Part shown: one piece after another, positions 37,779 to 49,386 of the stretch
Layout: each line of letters opens with the position of its first letter
Numbering within the stretch: position 1 is the stretch's first letter
Source: Isoptericola halotolerans
GTDB lineage: Bacteria; Actinomycetota; Actinomycetes; Actinomycetales; Cellulomonadaceae
Direction of reading: 5' to 3'
DNA: 64,000 bases
Assembly (NCBI RefSeq): GCF_013149785.1
Contig: NZ_JABEZU010000002.1
Location: forward strand, 558,001 to 622,000
The notes under the pieces: model-generated
Database searches by the model: none
Seen by the model: the letters and a program-made list of their open reading frames with translations, nothing else
Told to the model about the DNA's origin: nothing
Position numbers and translations under genes: made by a program

Positions 37779-38606
37779 TCAGCCGCGTCGGGCGCGACGG
37801 CGGAACGAGGACGGCGTCTCGCCGGTCAGCCGGGCGAAGGTCCGGGTGAACGCGGCCTGGTCGTAGAACCCGGTGGCTGCCGCGACCTCGGCGAGCGGTG
37901 TGCCCGTCGAGGTGAGCAGGTCTGCCGCCCGGTCCACGCGGGTGCGCAGCACGAGCTGGAGGGGGGACAGGCCGAACACCTGGCGGACCCGTCGGTCCAG
38001 GACGGCGGGGGTGCACCCGGCCATCGCGGCGAGGTCGCCGGACCGCAACGGCACCTCGGGCGTGCGGTCAAGGTGCCGGACCACCGCGGACCGCAACCGT
38101 GCCATGGCGTCCATCGTGGCGTCGTCGGCCCGGCCGGAGCGCAGGTCGCTCGAGACGGAGACGAACCCGAGCACGCGGCCGCCCCCCGAGGCGTCCTCGC
38201 CGGAGCCCCGGGGTGCGTGCACCGGGAGCTTGGACGTGAGGTACCAGCCAGGGGTGCCGCCCACGCGCCGGATGAGCTCCAGCTCACCGCGCAACGGGCG
38301 GCCGGTGCGCAGCACCTCGGTGTCCTGGGCCTCGTACCGTTCGGCGAGCTCGGGGACGAACAGGTCGCGGGCACGTCGACCGACGACCTGCCGGCGCGAA
38401 CGCTCGTTGGTGCGCCGCACGAACGTCTGGTTGACCAGCACGTACCGGCCGCCGGCGTCCTTCGCGCAGAACATCACGTCCACCAGCTCGTCCATGAGCT
38501 GGACGAGGGTCGGTGCCATCGCCTCGAGCAGGGCGGCGCCGTCGGGCCACAGATCGCCGGTGGGCCGTTCGGCGGCACGGGGACCCGGCGGGGAGGGGGG
38601 AGACAC
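37779..38606 (-). CDS. AraC family regulator with N-terminal PAS domain
   Basis: FCAKDAGGRYVLVN and WYLTSKLP (PAS); GFYDQAAFTRTF...GETP (AraC HTH). Confidence 0.9.
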   Translation of the reverse strand: MSPPSPPGPRAAERPTGDLWPDGAALLEAMAPTLVQLMDELVDVMFCAKDAGGRYVLVNQTFVRRTNERSRRQVVGRRARDLFVPELAERYEAQDTEVLRTGRPLRGELELIRRVGGTPGWYLTSKLPVHAPRGSGEDASGGGRVLGFVSVSSDLRSGRADDATMDAMARLRSAVVRHLDRTPEVPLRSGDLAAMAGCTPAVLDRRVRQVFGLSPLQLVLRTRVDRAADLLTSTGTPLAEVAAATGFYDQAAFTRTFARLTGETPSSFRRRARRG

Positions 38607-38705
38607 GATGCCGGTCTACCGGCCGCGGGCCGTTGTCGCAAACCCGCTGGCCCGCAGCACGTTCCGTACAAGACGTGCAGCGGTGATCGGGCGCATCCTG
38701 GACGG

Positions 38706-41700
38706 ATGAGCACCCACCTGAACGAGCGAGGCGCCACCACCGCCGGCGACGCTCCCTGCGCCCCGTCCGCGGCGGCGCTGGTCGAGGACGCCGTCGCCCT
38801 CGCGCACTCCTGGATCGCGGCCGCCGAGGGAGCCGGGGGCGCCACCCGCGCCGACCGCCGCACCCGGGCCACCGCCGAGCGGCTCGGGGACCTGGTCGCC
38901 GACCCCGCAGGCCTGGACCTCGCCGTCGGGTTCGTTGACGACGTCGCCCGGCCCCAGGACGTGCGGGTGGCGGCGAAGGCGCTCTCACGGCTCGGACGCG
39001 ACGCCGGCTCCGCCAGCTTCCTGTCGCCCGTGGACCGGACGCTCTTCCGGGTCGGCGCGGCCGTCGCGCCGATGCTGCCCGCCGTCGTCGTGCCGGCGGC
39101 CCGCATCCGGCTGCGCCAGCTCGTGGGACATCTCGTGGCCGACGCCGGCCGCGGCCTCGGCAAGCACCTGGCCCGCACCCGCGACGAGGGCTACACCCTC
39201 AACGTCAACCTGCTCGGGGAGGCCGTGCTCGGGGCCGACGAGGCCCAGGCGCGGTTGCAGCGCACCCTGGACCTGGTGCGCCGCGACGACGTCGACTACG
39301 TCTCGATCAAGGTCTCCTCGGTGGCGGCCCAGCTCGTCACCTGGGACCTCGACGGCTCCCGCGAGCGCGTCGTCGCCCAGCTCCTGCCGCTGTACCGCGC
39401 CGCTCGCGACCACGGGGTGTTCCTCAACCTCGACATGGAGGAGTACAAGGACCTCGCGCTGACCACCGCCGTCTTCCGCGACGTGCTGGACCGCGAGGAG
39501 TTCCGCGACCTCGAGGCCGGGATCGTGCTGCAGGCCTACCTGCCCGACGCGCTGGGTGCGCTGGACGAGCTCACCGAGTGGGCGCAGGGTCGCGTGCGAG
39601 CCGGCGGAGCGCGGATCAAGGTCCGACTCGTCAAGGGCGCCAACCTCGCGATGGAGCACGTCGAGGCCGAGCTGCACGACTGGGAGGCCGCGACCTACCC
39701 CACCAAGCCGGACGTCGACGCGAACTACGTGCGAATCCTCGACCGCCACCTCACCCCCGAGCGGACGGCCGCCGTCCGCCTCGGCGCCGCGTCGCACAAC
39801 CTCTTCCACGTGGCGCTGGCCGTGCTCCTCGCGCGCGGACGCGGCGTCGCCGACGGCCTCGACGTCGAGATGCTGCAGGGCATGGCGCCGATCGAGGCCC
39901 GGCTCGTGCGTGCCGAGCTGGCCTCCCACGGGGGTCCCGGTGAGCACGGCGAGGTCGTGCTGTACACCCCGGTGGTCCGCGACGAGGACTTCGACGTCGC
40001 GATCTCCTACCTGGTGCGCCGGCTCGAGGAGAACGCCGCCGAGCAGAACTTCCTGCACGCCTCGTTCGCGCCGTCGGACGCGGTGCCCGGGGTGTCCGAG
40101 ACACCGATGGAGCGGCAGGAGGTCGCGTTCCGCGCGTCGGTGTCGCACGCGACGCCGTACACGCCCGACGCCGTCGCCCCCCGTCGGCGCTCCCGCTTCG
40201 CGACCGGCGCCCCGGACGCAGCCTCGGCGGACCACGTCGGGACGGGCGCCGCCGCCCCGCGCTTCCGCAACGCCATGGACACCGACCCGTCGGTGGCCGA
40301 GCACCGTCGGTGGGCGGCTCGCATCGTCGGTCCGGACAGCGGGTTCGTCCCGGTGCAGGCGCCCGAGGTCGCCGACGTCGCCACGATCGACGCGGCGGTC
40401 GCCCGGGCCGCCGAGGTCCGCGAGCAGTGGGCGGCTGTCCCTGCCGCCGGGCGTGCCCGGGTGCTGCGCGAGGCGGCCCGCCGCCTCGAGGCGCGCCGTG
40501 GCGACCTCGTGGCGGCCGCCGTCCACGAGGCCGGCAAGACCGTCGCCGAGACCGACCCCGAGGTCACCGAGGCGATCGACTTCGCCACCTACTACGCCGA
40601 CGCCGCCGAGGCACTCGCCGACGTCGGCGGCGCCGACTTCACACCCGACGGCGTCACGCTGGTCACCCCGCCGTGGAACTTCCCCGTGGCCATCCCCATC
40701 GGTGGGGCGCTCGCCGCGCTCGCGGCCGGGTCGACCGTGATCGCCAAGCCGGCGCCGCCGACCCCGCGCTGCTACGAGCTCGCCGTCGAGGCGGTCCATG
40801 ACGCGCTCGAGGCGGTGGCCCCCGAGATCGGGCTGGCCGCCGACGTGGCGCGGGACGCCGTGCAGTACCTGCGGGTGCCCGACGGCGACCTGGGCAAGCA
40901 CCTGGTCACCCACCCGGGTGTCGCCCGGGTGGTGCTCACCGGTTCCATCGAGACCGCCGAGCTGTTCGCCCGGTGGCGTCCGGAGCGGCCCGTGCTCGCG
41001 GAGACCTCGGGCAAGAACGCCCTGGTCGTCACCCCGTCGGCTGACCTCGACCTCGCGGTCGCCGACGTGGTACGAAGCGCCTTCGGGCACGCGGGGCAGA
41101 AGTGCTCCGCGGCGTCGCTGGTGATCCTCGTCGGCTCGGTCGGTGACGCGACGACGGCGACGGGCGAGCGGTTCCTGCGTCAGCTCGTCGACGCGGTGCG
41201 CTCCTTGGCGGTCGGTCTGCCGACGTCGTTGTCGACGGTCATGGGACCACTGACCGAGCCGGCCGCGGGCAAGCTGGCACGGGCGCTGACCACCCTGGAG
41301 CCGGGGGAGACGTGGCTCGTCGAGCCTCGTCGTCTCGACGCCGAGGCCGTGGACGCCGGGATCGACCCCGACCGGCTGTGGACGCCGGGGCTGCGCGACG
41401 GCGTCGTCCCGGGCTCCTTCTTCCACCTCACCGAGGTGTTCGGGCCGGTCCTGGGCATCATGCACGCCGAGACCCTGGACGAGGCGATCGCGACCCAGAA
41501 CCAGGTGTCCTTCGGGCTCACCGGTGGCATCCACTCGCTGGACGCCGACGAGGTCGCCACCTGGCTCGACCGCGTCGAGGTCGGCAACGCCTACGTCAAC
41601 CGGCACATCACCGGGGCGATCGTGCAGCGGCAGTCGTTCGGCGGGTGGAAGGCCTCCGCCGTGGGACCGGGTGCCAAGGCCGGTGGGCCCAACTATGTGG

Positions 41701-42257
41701 CCCAGCTCGGTGCGTGGAGCGACTCGGCGACGCAGGACGGGGGCCCGCCGTCGCGCGGCAGCGACCCCGAGGGGTGGCTCGCGTGGGCCGAGGCGTCGGA
41801 CGACGCCGCCTGGGCCGACGAGTTCGGCGTCGACCACGACAAGACCGGCCTGAGCGTCGAGGAGAACACGTTCCGGTACCGGCCCGTGGACCAGGTGACC
41901 GTCCGAGTCGGGGACGACGCGCTGCCGGTCGAGGTGCGCCGGGTCCTCGCCGGCGCCCGGCGCGCCGGGGTGCGTGCCGTCGTCGTCCCCGAGGCCGACG
42001 CCGGCTGGGGCGTCCCGCACGAGGAGCCGGTCTCCCACGCCCGGTTCGCCGAGGCGGTCGCCGCCGGACGCGTGACCGGCAGGATCCGGGTGCTCGGCTC
42101 GGCGCCCGGTCTACGGGAGGCCGCTGCCGGTCGTGTCGGGGACGTCACGGTGCTGGACGGCCCGGTCCTGGCCGCCGGACGGCGTGAGCTGCTGACCTTC
42201 CTGCGCGAGCAGGCCGTCAGCCGCACGAAGCACCGGTACGGCCACCTGCGCGACTGA
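38706..42257 (+). CDS. putA: Bifunctional proline dehydrogenase / P5C dehydrogenase
   Basis: LNLDMEEY, VRLVKGAN, ASHN, YLVRRLEEN; PWNFP, ETSGKN, GQKCSA, EVFGP, FGGWK; start from CATCCT-N6-ATG. Confidence 0.95.
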   Translation: MSTHLNERGATTAGDAPCAPSAAALVEDAVALAHSWIAAAEGAGGATRADRRTRATAERLGDLVADPAGLDLAVGFVDDVARPQDVRVAAKALSRLGRDAGSASFLSPVDRTLFRVGAAVAPMLPAVVVPAARIRLRQLVGHLVADAGRGLGKHLARTRDEGYTLNVNLLGEAVLGADEAQARLQRTLDLVRRDDVDYVSIKVSSVAAQLVTWDLDGSRERVVAQLLPLYRAARDHGVFLNLDMEEYKDLALTTAVFRDVLDREEFRDLEAGIVLQAYLPDALGALDELTEWAQGRVRAGGARIKVRLVKGANLAMEHVEAELHDWEAATYPTKPDVDANYVRILDRHLTPERTAAVRLGAASHNLFHVALAVLLARGRGVADGLDVEMLQGMAPIEARLVRAELASHGGPGEHGEVVLYTPVVRDEDFDVAISYLVRRLEENAAEQNFLHASFAPSDAVPGVSETPMERQEVAFRASVSHATPYTPDAVAPRRRSRFATGAPDAASADHVGTGAAAPRFRNAMDTDPSVAEHRRWAARIVGPDSGFVPVQAPEVADVATIDAAVARAAEVREQWAAVPAAGRARVLREAARRLEARRGDLVAAAVHEAGKTVAETDPEVTEAIDFATYYADAAEALADVGGADFTPDGVTLVTPPWNFPVAIPIGGALAALAAGSTVIAKPAPPTPRCYELAVEAVHDALEAVAPEIGLAADVARDAVQYLRVPDGDLGKHLVTHPGVARVVLTGSIETAELFARWRPERPVLAETSGKNALVVTPSADLDLAVADVVRSAFGHAGQKCSAASLVILVGSVGDATTATGERFLRQLVDAVRSLAVGLPTSLSTVMGPLTEPAAGKLARALTTLEPGETWLVEPRRLDAEAVDAGIDPDRLWTPGLRDGVVPGSFFHLTEVFGPVLGIMHAETLDEAIATQNQVSFGLTGGIHSLDADEVATWLDRVEVGNAYVNRHITGAIVQRQSFGGWKASAVGPGAKAGGPNYVAQLGAWSDSATQDGGPPSRGSDPEGWLAWAEASDDAAWADEFGVDHDKTGLSVEENTFRYRPVDQVTVRVGDDALPVEVRRVLAGARRAGVRAVVVPEADAGWGVPHEEPVSHARFAEAVAAGRVTGRIRVLGSAPGLREAAAGRVGDVTVLDGPVLAAGRRELLTFLREQAVSRTKHRYGHLRD

Positions 42258-42312
42258 AACCGCCCACAGCGCTGGACGCGCCTCGGCCCCCGCCCGGTGC
42301 TGCGCCTCCGCT

Positions 42313-43323
42313 TCAGGCGGACTCGCCCTCGACGAGGCGCGGGACGAAGATCCGCGGCTCCGGGTGCACGTCGTCGCCCGCCAGCATGTCGAGCAGCGTG
42401 GACGTCGCGGCCGCCACCATCTCCACGACCGGCTGCAGCACCGTGGTGAGCCGCGGCGTCGTGCGCTCGGCGCCGAGGGCGTCGAAGCCGACGATCGCGA
42501 CGTCGTCGGGCACGCTCCTGCCGTGGGCGCGCAGGACCTGCAGGGCACCGGAGGCCATCAGGTCGGACGCGGCGAAGACCCCGTCGACGTCGGGGTGCTC
42601 GGCCAGCACCCTCTCCATGGCTGCCGCACCGCCCTCGACGGTGAAGTCCCCGGTCGCCACGGCGTCGGTGGGCAGCCCGGCGCGGCTCAGGGTCCGGCGC
42701 CACCCTTCGTAGCGGTCGAGCGCCGCCGTCATGTCCTGCGGGCCCGTGAGAGCTGCGACGCGGCGGCATCCGCGATCGACCAGTCGCTGGGTCGCGACCC
42801 GTGCGCCCGCCGCGTTGTCGACGTCCACGTAGTGCAGTCCGGCGCTGTCGAACGGCCGGCCCACGAAGACGCCGGGCAGCGTCCCCGAGCGCAGCTCCGG
42901 CTCGAGGCGGTCGTCCTTGTGGTGCGACGCGATGATGACGCCGTCGACGTGGCCGCTGTTGAGATAGCGCGCGATGTGCCCCGGGCGCTCGCCCTGGCGT
43001 GCCAGCAGCAGCACGAGCTGCAGGTCGGTGCCGCCCAGACCTTCGCTGACGCCGCGCACCACGCCGGCGAGGAACGGGTCGGTGAGGATCCGCGCGTCCG
43101 GTTCGGGCACCACCAGCGCGATGGAGTCCGTCCGGCGTGTCACGAGGGAGCGAGCTGCCCGGTTGGGGGCATAGCCCAGGCGCAGGATGGCGGCGTCGAC
43201 GGCCTGCTGCGCCTCGGGAGAGACACGGTCGCCCCCGTTGATGGCGCGCGACGCGGTGGAACGGGAGACGCCGGCAGCGCGCGCGACGTCGTCGAGCGTC
43301 GGGACGATGTGCTTCGTGACCAC
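42313..43323 (-). CDS. LacI family regulator (CebR-like)
   Basis: TLDDVARAAGVSRSTASRAIN, YAPNRAARSL, DPFL; last gene of the sugar operon. Confidence 0.93.
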   Translation of the reverse strand: MVTKHIVPTLDDVARAAGVSRSTASRAINGGDRVSPEAQQAVDAAILRLGYAPNRAARSLVTRRTDSIALVVPEPDARILTDPFLAGVVRGVSEGLGGTDLQLVLLLARQGERPGHIARYLNSGHVDGVIIASHHKDDRLEPELRSGTLPGVFVGRPFDSAGLHYVDVDNAAGARVATQRLVDRGCRRVAALTGPQDMTAALDRYEGWRRTLSRAGLPTDAVATGDFTVEGGAAAMERVLAEHPDVDGVFAASDLMASGALQVLRAHGRSVPDDVAIVGFDALGAERTTPRLTTVLQPVVEMVAAATSTLLDMLAGDDVHPEPRIFVPRLVEGESA

Positions 43324-43343
43324 GTTCGGAGACTACCTTTCGC

Positions 43344-44900
<1,557 letters not shown>

Positions 44901-44926
44901 CTCAGCTGTACTTCCCTGTGGGTGGG

Positions 44927-44964
44927 AGGGCTGTCCGGACGGTCGGAGCCGTCCGGACAGCCCT
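44927..44964. other. Intra-operon stem-loop (16-bp stem) between permease and beta-glucosidase genes
   Basis: AGGGCTGTCCGGACGG-tcggag-CCGTCCGGACAGCCCT. Confidence 0.7.
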
Positions 44965-44981
44965 GCGGTCGAGTGTGCGGG

Positions 44982-45905
44982 TCAGCCCTTGACCGCGCCA
45001 GCCATGATCCCGGCGACGAGCTGGCGGCCCACGAAGAAGAAGAGCACCAGCAGCGGGAGCGTGACCAGGAAGATGCCACCCATGACCAGCGAGTAGTCCA
45101 CGAAGTAGTTGGCCTGCAGCGATCGGACGACCAGTGGCAGGGTGGGGTTCTCGTTGGTGAGGATGATCGAGGGCCAGAAGTAGTTGGTCCACTGCTGGAC
45201 GAACTGGAAGAGCCCGAGCATCGCCGCCGCCGGCAAGGCGGCCGGCATCGCGATCGACCAGAACGTGCGGATCATGGACGCCCCGTCGACCCGCGCCGCC
45301 TCGATGAGCTCGTAGGGCAGCGCCTCGGAGAGGTACTGGGTCATCCAGAAGACGCCGAACGCCGTGACCAGACCCGGCAGGATGACCGCTTGGACCTTGC
45401 CGTACCAGCCGATCTCGCTCATGAGGATGTACAGCGGGATGATGCCGAGCTGCACGGGGACGGCCATGGTGGCGATGACGAAGACGAGCAGCGGCCCCCG
45501 GCCACGGAAGTTCAGCTTGGCGAACGAGTACCCGGCCAGCGTCGAGAAGAGCACCACCGACGCCGAGGAGATCACGGCGATGAGGGTGGAGTTCCACAGC
45601 GCCAGCCAGAAGTTGATGTTGGAGTCGGTGATGACCGTGGCGAACTGCGTGAAGAGGCTCGCGTCCGGCAGCCACTGCGGGATCGGGTTCTGCGCGATGG
45701 ACGTGGGGTCGGACGAGCCCAGCAGCAGCGTGTAGTACAGCGGGAACATCGAGATCAGCAGGACGGCGCCGAGCAGGATGTAGGTGACCTTGCCGGCGCG
45801 ACGGGCGGAACCGCCGACCGGTGCTCTGCCGCGGGAGCGACGCTTGGCGGCGGCTCGGGCGGCGCTGGCGCCGGCGGTCTGCGCGGTGACGGCGACGGAG
45901 CTCAT
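44982..45905 (-). CDS. Carbohydrate ABC permease (CebG-like)
   Basis: EAA loop ELIEAARVDGAS; ends AGAVKG. Confidence 0.93.
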   Translation of the reverse strand: MSSVAVTAQTAGASAARAAAKRRSRGRAPVGGSARRAGKVTYILLGAVLLISMFPLYYTLLLGSSDPTSIAQNPIPQWLPDASLFTQFATVITDSNINFWLALWNSTLIAVISSASVVLFSTLAGYSFAKLNFRGRGPLLVFVIATMAVPVQLGIIPLYILMSEIGWYGKVQAVILPGLVTAFGVFWMTQYLSEALPYELIEAARVDGASMIRTFWSIAMPAALPAAAMLGLFQFVQQWTNYFWPSIILTNENPTLPLVVRSLQANYFVDYSLVMGGIFLVTLPLLVLFFFVGRQLVAGIMAGAVKG

Positions 45906-47083
45906 CGGACGTCCTCCCCGGGGTTCGGGCTCTGCGGGCCGGCAGGCGGCCGCACGGGCGGGATCGACGGTGGGGGTGGTGGTGAGCCTTGTCCTGCTCC
46001 CGGTGTTCCGCCGGGTGCGGCGGACGGGACCGGCCCGTCGTGGCTCGCGGCCGCGGCCCTGGCCTCGGCCAGGAGCCTCTTGGTGTGCCGGCGGCTCACC
46101 TTCGGCCCGCGCCCGCCGCCGGTGGCGATGCGCTGCGTCAGGAGGAAGTTGATCATGCCGATCAGGACGATGAGGAGGAACAACAGCCAGGCGACGGCAG
46201 CCGCGCGGCCGAAGCTCTTCTGGTTGCCCCACGCGACGTCGTACAGGTAGACGACGGTGGTCATCCAGTCGCGGTTCGGGCCACCGAGGCCCTGGGAGTC
46301 GTACATGCGGACCTCGTCGAAGATCTGCATCCCGCCGACGGTCGAGGTGATGACCACGAAGATGACGGTGGCGCGGATCTGGGGGACCGTCACCGAGAAG
46401 AACTGGCGGACGCGCCCGGCACCGTCGATGACCGCGGCCTCGTAGAGCTCACGCGGCACGGCCTGCATCGCGGCGAGGAAGATCAGCGTGTTGTAGCCGG
46501 TCCACCGGTAGTTGACCATCGTGGAGATCGCGAAGTGGCTGGCCAGGCGGTCACCGTGCCAGGCGACCGGGTCGACGCCGACCAGGCCGAGCACCTCGTT
46601 GATGAAGCCGTACTGGTCGGCGTACAGGCGGCCGAAGATCATCGAGATGGCGACGGGCGCGACGACGAACGGGACCAGGACGCCCATGCGCCAGAAGGTG
46701 GCCGCCCGGAGGTTCTGGTCGAGGATCGCGGCGATGGTGATCGCCATGATCACCTGGGGCACCGACGAGAACAGGAAGATGGAGAAGGTGTTGACGACCG
46801 ACTTCCAGAACAGCGGCTGCTGCAGCACCGCGACGTAGTTCGCCATGCCGACGAAGTCGCCCTGACCGCCGAGCAGGTTCCAGTCGTACAGGCTCACGAT
46901 CGCCGTGTAGACGAGCGGGAAGAGCCCGACGACGGCGAAGAGCAGGAAGAAGGGGGAGATGTACAGGTAGGGCGAGATCTTGACGTCCAGCCGGCCGAGC
47001 CGCTGGGAGAGGCCGAGCCGTCGTGGTGGACGGTCGGGTCCGCCGCGCGCGTGCGCGGGCTTGGTGGGGGACAAGAGGGCCAT
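45902..47083 (-). CDS. Carbohydrate ABC permease (CebF-like)
   Basis: SPYLYISPFF, WTGYNTLIFLAAMQ, LYEAAVIDGAG. Confidence 0.93.
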   Translation of the reverse strand: MALLSPTKPAHARGGPDRPPRRLGLSQRLGRLDVKISPYLYISPFFLLFAVVGLFPLVYTAIVSLYDWNLLGGQGDFVGMANYVAVLQQPLFWKSVVNTFSIFLFSSVPQVIMAITIAAILDQNLRAATFWRMGVLVPFVVAPVAISMIFGRLYADQYGFINEVLGLVGVDPVAWHGDRLASHFAISTMVNYRWTGYNTLIFLAAMQAVPRELYEAAVIDGAGRVRQFFSVTVPQIRATVIFVVITSTVGGMQIFDEVRMYDSQGLGGPNRDWMTTVVYLYDVAWGNQKSFGRAAAVAWLLFLLIVLIGMINFLLTQRIATGGGRGPKVSRRHTKRLLAEARAAAASHDGPVPSAAPGGTPGAGQGSPPPPPSIPPVRPPAGPQSPNPGEDVR

Positions 47084-47124
47084 GAGCAGTTCCTGTACGT
47101 CTCTCCGTGGGGTGGGGCTGGGCA

Positions 47125-47165
47125 CGTGTCGGGCCGGCCGCCGGGGTGGCGACCGGCCCGACACG
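47125..47165 (-). other. Stem-loop downstream of the solute-binding protein gene (mRNA stabiliser or attenuator)
   Basis: 18-bp stem 47125-47142 / 47148-47165; the one mismatch is a G-U pair on the transcribed strand. Confidence 0.65.
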
Positions 47166-47222
47166 GTGTCTCACTGGAGGGTGCGGGGCGGCTGACGCCT
47201 CACACCCGGGTGACCGACGTCG

Positions 47223-48557
47223 TCACTGGATGACGTTCTGGGCGTCCGTGACGGCCGTCTCCCAGGACTTCTCCGGGTCCTCGCCGTTGAGGTCGACACG
47301 GTTGATGCCGTTCTGGACCTCGGCGTGGATCGCGAAGTAGTTCGCACCCTTGAACGGGGCGCCGTCGATCGACTGGGCGCGGGTGGCGAAGATCTCGCCA
47401 GCCGGAGCGCCGCTCATGAAGTCGTTGACGTAGGCCAGAACCTCGTCGGACTGCTGGACCTCGATCTGCGAGGGGAAGGTGCCGGAGTTCTCGAACGCCT
47501 GGGTCTGGATCTCCGGGGAGGTCAGCCAGTCGGCGAGCTCAGTGGCCGCCTCGGTGTTCGCACCGGACGCCGGGACGGTCAGGAACGACCCGCCCCAGTT
47601 GCCGCCGCCACCGGGGAAGACGTCGGCGATGTCCCAGCCCTCGATGCTGCCGGCGCGCTCCTCGATCGGACCGGTCATCCACGACGGGCAGAGCATCGTG
47701 GCGAAGGCGTCGTTCTGGAAGCCGGCGGACCAGTCGTCGCCCCACTGCTCGAGACCGGCGGACAGGTCGTCCTCGACCGCGGCGGTGAGCACCTGGTCGT
47801 ACAGGTCCTTGACCTGGGTGTTGGTGGCCAGGTCGAGGGGCTCACCGGTGGCCGGGTCCTCGTAGGCGGCGTCGAGCTGGTTGACCATGCCCTGGAACGT
47901 GGCCTGGGCCGAGTCGAACCAGGCGTCGCCGCTGGCCTCGGTGTACTCCTTGCCGGCCTCGAAGTAGGACTCCCAGGTGGCGCCCTCGCCGCCGATCCAC
48001 TCCGCGACCTCCTCACGCTCGGACGGCATGCCGGCCGCCTCGAGCAGGTCGGAGCGGTAGCAGATGGCCTCGGGGCCGATGTCGGTGCCGTAGCCGATGA
48101 GCTGGCCCTCCGGAGTGGTGGCCTGCTCGACCTTCCAGTCCACCCAGCGGCCGTCGATCGTGGGGAGGTCGGCAAAGAGGCTCGGGTACTGCATGAGCTC
48201 GGGCAGCCAGTCGACCTCGATGGCCTCGATGTCGGCCAGCCCTTCGCCGCCGGCGGCGAGCTTGGTCGTCAGGTTGGTGCGGGCGTCGCCCGACTCTGCG
48301 GCCGTGACGTGCTCGATGGTGACGTTCGGGTGCTCGTCGGCGTACTGGGCCAGGAGCTCCTCGGTGTACCCGAAGTCGTTGAAGGTGGCGACGGTGAGAG
48401 TGATCTCTTCGTCCATCGCCTCGCCGTCGCCGTCGCCCGTGGTTCCGGGGTCCTCGGAGTCGCCTGAACAGGCGCCGAGGATCAGGGCGAGGGACGCGAT
48501 GCCGGCAGTGGCCGCTGCGACGCGACGGCTCCGGCGGGGGCGGGTGCTGCTGAGCAC
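47223..48557 (-). CDS. Sugar ABC transporter substrate-binding lipoprotein (CebE-like)
   Basis: Lipobox LGAC, TFNDFGY, GTDIGP, GGNWGGSFL; AAGGGAG RBS before GTG. Confidence 0.92.
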   Translation of the reverse strand: MLSSTRPRRSRRVAAATAGIASLALILGACSGDSEDPGTTGDGDGEAMDEEITLTVATFNDFGYTEELLAQYADEHPNVTIEHVTAAESGDARTNLTTKLAAGGEGLADIEAIEVDWLPELMQYPSLFADLPTIDGRWVDWKVEQATTPEGQLIGYGTDIGPEAICYRSDLLEAAGMPSEREEVAEWIGGEGATWESYFEAGKEYTEASGDAWFDSAQATFQGMVNQLDAAYEDPATGEPLDLATNTQVKDLYDQVLTAAVEDDLSAGLEQWGDDWSAGFQNDAFATMLCPSWMTGPIEERAGSIEGWDIADVFPGGGGNWGGSFLTVPASGANTEAATELADWLTSPEIQTQAFENSGTFPSQIEVQQSDEVLAYVNDFMSGAPAGEIFATRAQSIDGAPFKGANYFAIHAEVQNGINRVDLNGEDPEKSWETAVTDAQNVIQ

Positions 48558-48598
48558 GGTGACTCCCTTGTCTGGTTGGTTCATGCGTGGTGCGTTTC

Positions 48599-48757
48599 TG
48601 GAAGCGCGTCCACCTCTGACGTGGTAGCGCTTCCACGACCAACCACGATGCTCCCGTCGCGAGGCTGCCACGTCAAGCCCTGCCGGTGATCGATGCGGGA
48701 CGGTGATCTCGCTGACCTGCGTCTTCGCAGGTCACAAGGCTGGTGGGAGCGCTCCCG
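48599..48757. promoter_or_regulatory. Three CebR/CelR-type LacI operators
   Basis: TGGAAGCGCGTCCA (48599-48612), TGGTAGCGCTTCCA (48622-48635), TGGGAGCGCTCCCG (48744-48757) versus canonical TGGGAGCGCTCCCA. Confidence 0.85.
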
Positions 48758-48829
48758 TGATCAAACCGTGATGCGACCGCCCGCCCCGGTCCGGTCGTCG
48801 AGGGCCATGACGAGGTCGCCGGGCGCGGG

Positions 48830-49330
48830 TCAGTTCCGCGCCAACCACTCCCGCCCGGCCCGTTCCTCGGCCTCCAGGGTGCGCCGGACGGCGCCACCGG
48901 CGGCCTCCTCCACGGTCCCGGAGAAGACGGGGACGGTAGCGCGGACCTCCCCGTCGTACACCTGGCGGGTGCCGCCGTCGGGCAACGGTTCGAGCAGCAG
49001 CGACCCGGTCATCCGCACGGGCGCCCCGGCGATCTCCACGGCGACCGTCCCGACCTGCCGGCCCTCGCGCTCCGGTTCCCACGCCTCGGCCTGACGCACC
49101 TCGAGGTGCTCGCCCACGAGCTGGCGGAGCTGGACCGGGATGAGGTCCGTCGGCAGGGTGCGTCGCAGCGACACGGTGAACCCGGAGGCCGGGTCCCCGG
49201 TCACGTCCACCTGGGAGGCCGCACCGGCGTCGGGACGCGCCGCCCGCCACCGCACGAACTCCGCGTCGGCGAGCATGGCGGCCACGGCGGCGACGTCCGC
49301 CGGGTAGGTCTGCTCCACGGTCAGGTGCAC
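48830..49330 (-). CDS. DUF2505 domain (SRPBCC-like) protein
   Basis: YPADVAAVAAMLAD, IAGAPVRMTG, VPVFSGTVE, GREWL. Confidence 0.8.
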   Translation of the reverse strand: MHLTVEQTYPADVAAVAAMLADAEFVRWRAARPDAGAASQVDVTGDPASGFTVSLRRTLPTDLIPVQLRQLVGEHLEVRQAEAWEPEREGRQVGTVAVEIAGAPVRMTGSLLLEPLPDGGTRQVYDGEVRATVPVFSGTVEEAAGGAVRRTLEAEERAGREWLARN

Positions 49331-49386
49331 GGTGCACAGCCTACCGGCGTGCCCTGGACGAGCACGCGCCCCGTACGCTGGTGGGC

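Noticed and set aside
36753..38705. N-terminal 651 aa of the 1834-aa ORF as a giant PutA fusion
   Set aside because: It is the antisense shadow of the akr and AraC genes; PutA plausibly starts at 38706 after a -10 box
38985..42038. 1017-aa minus-strand ORF and the many other long overlapping ORFs in the track
   Set aside because: Stop-poor shadow frames expected at this GC content; Arg/Pro/Gly-rich with no motifs, overlapping well-supported genes
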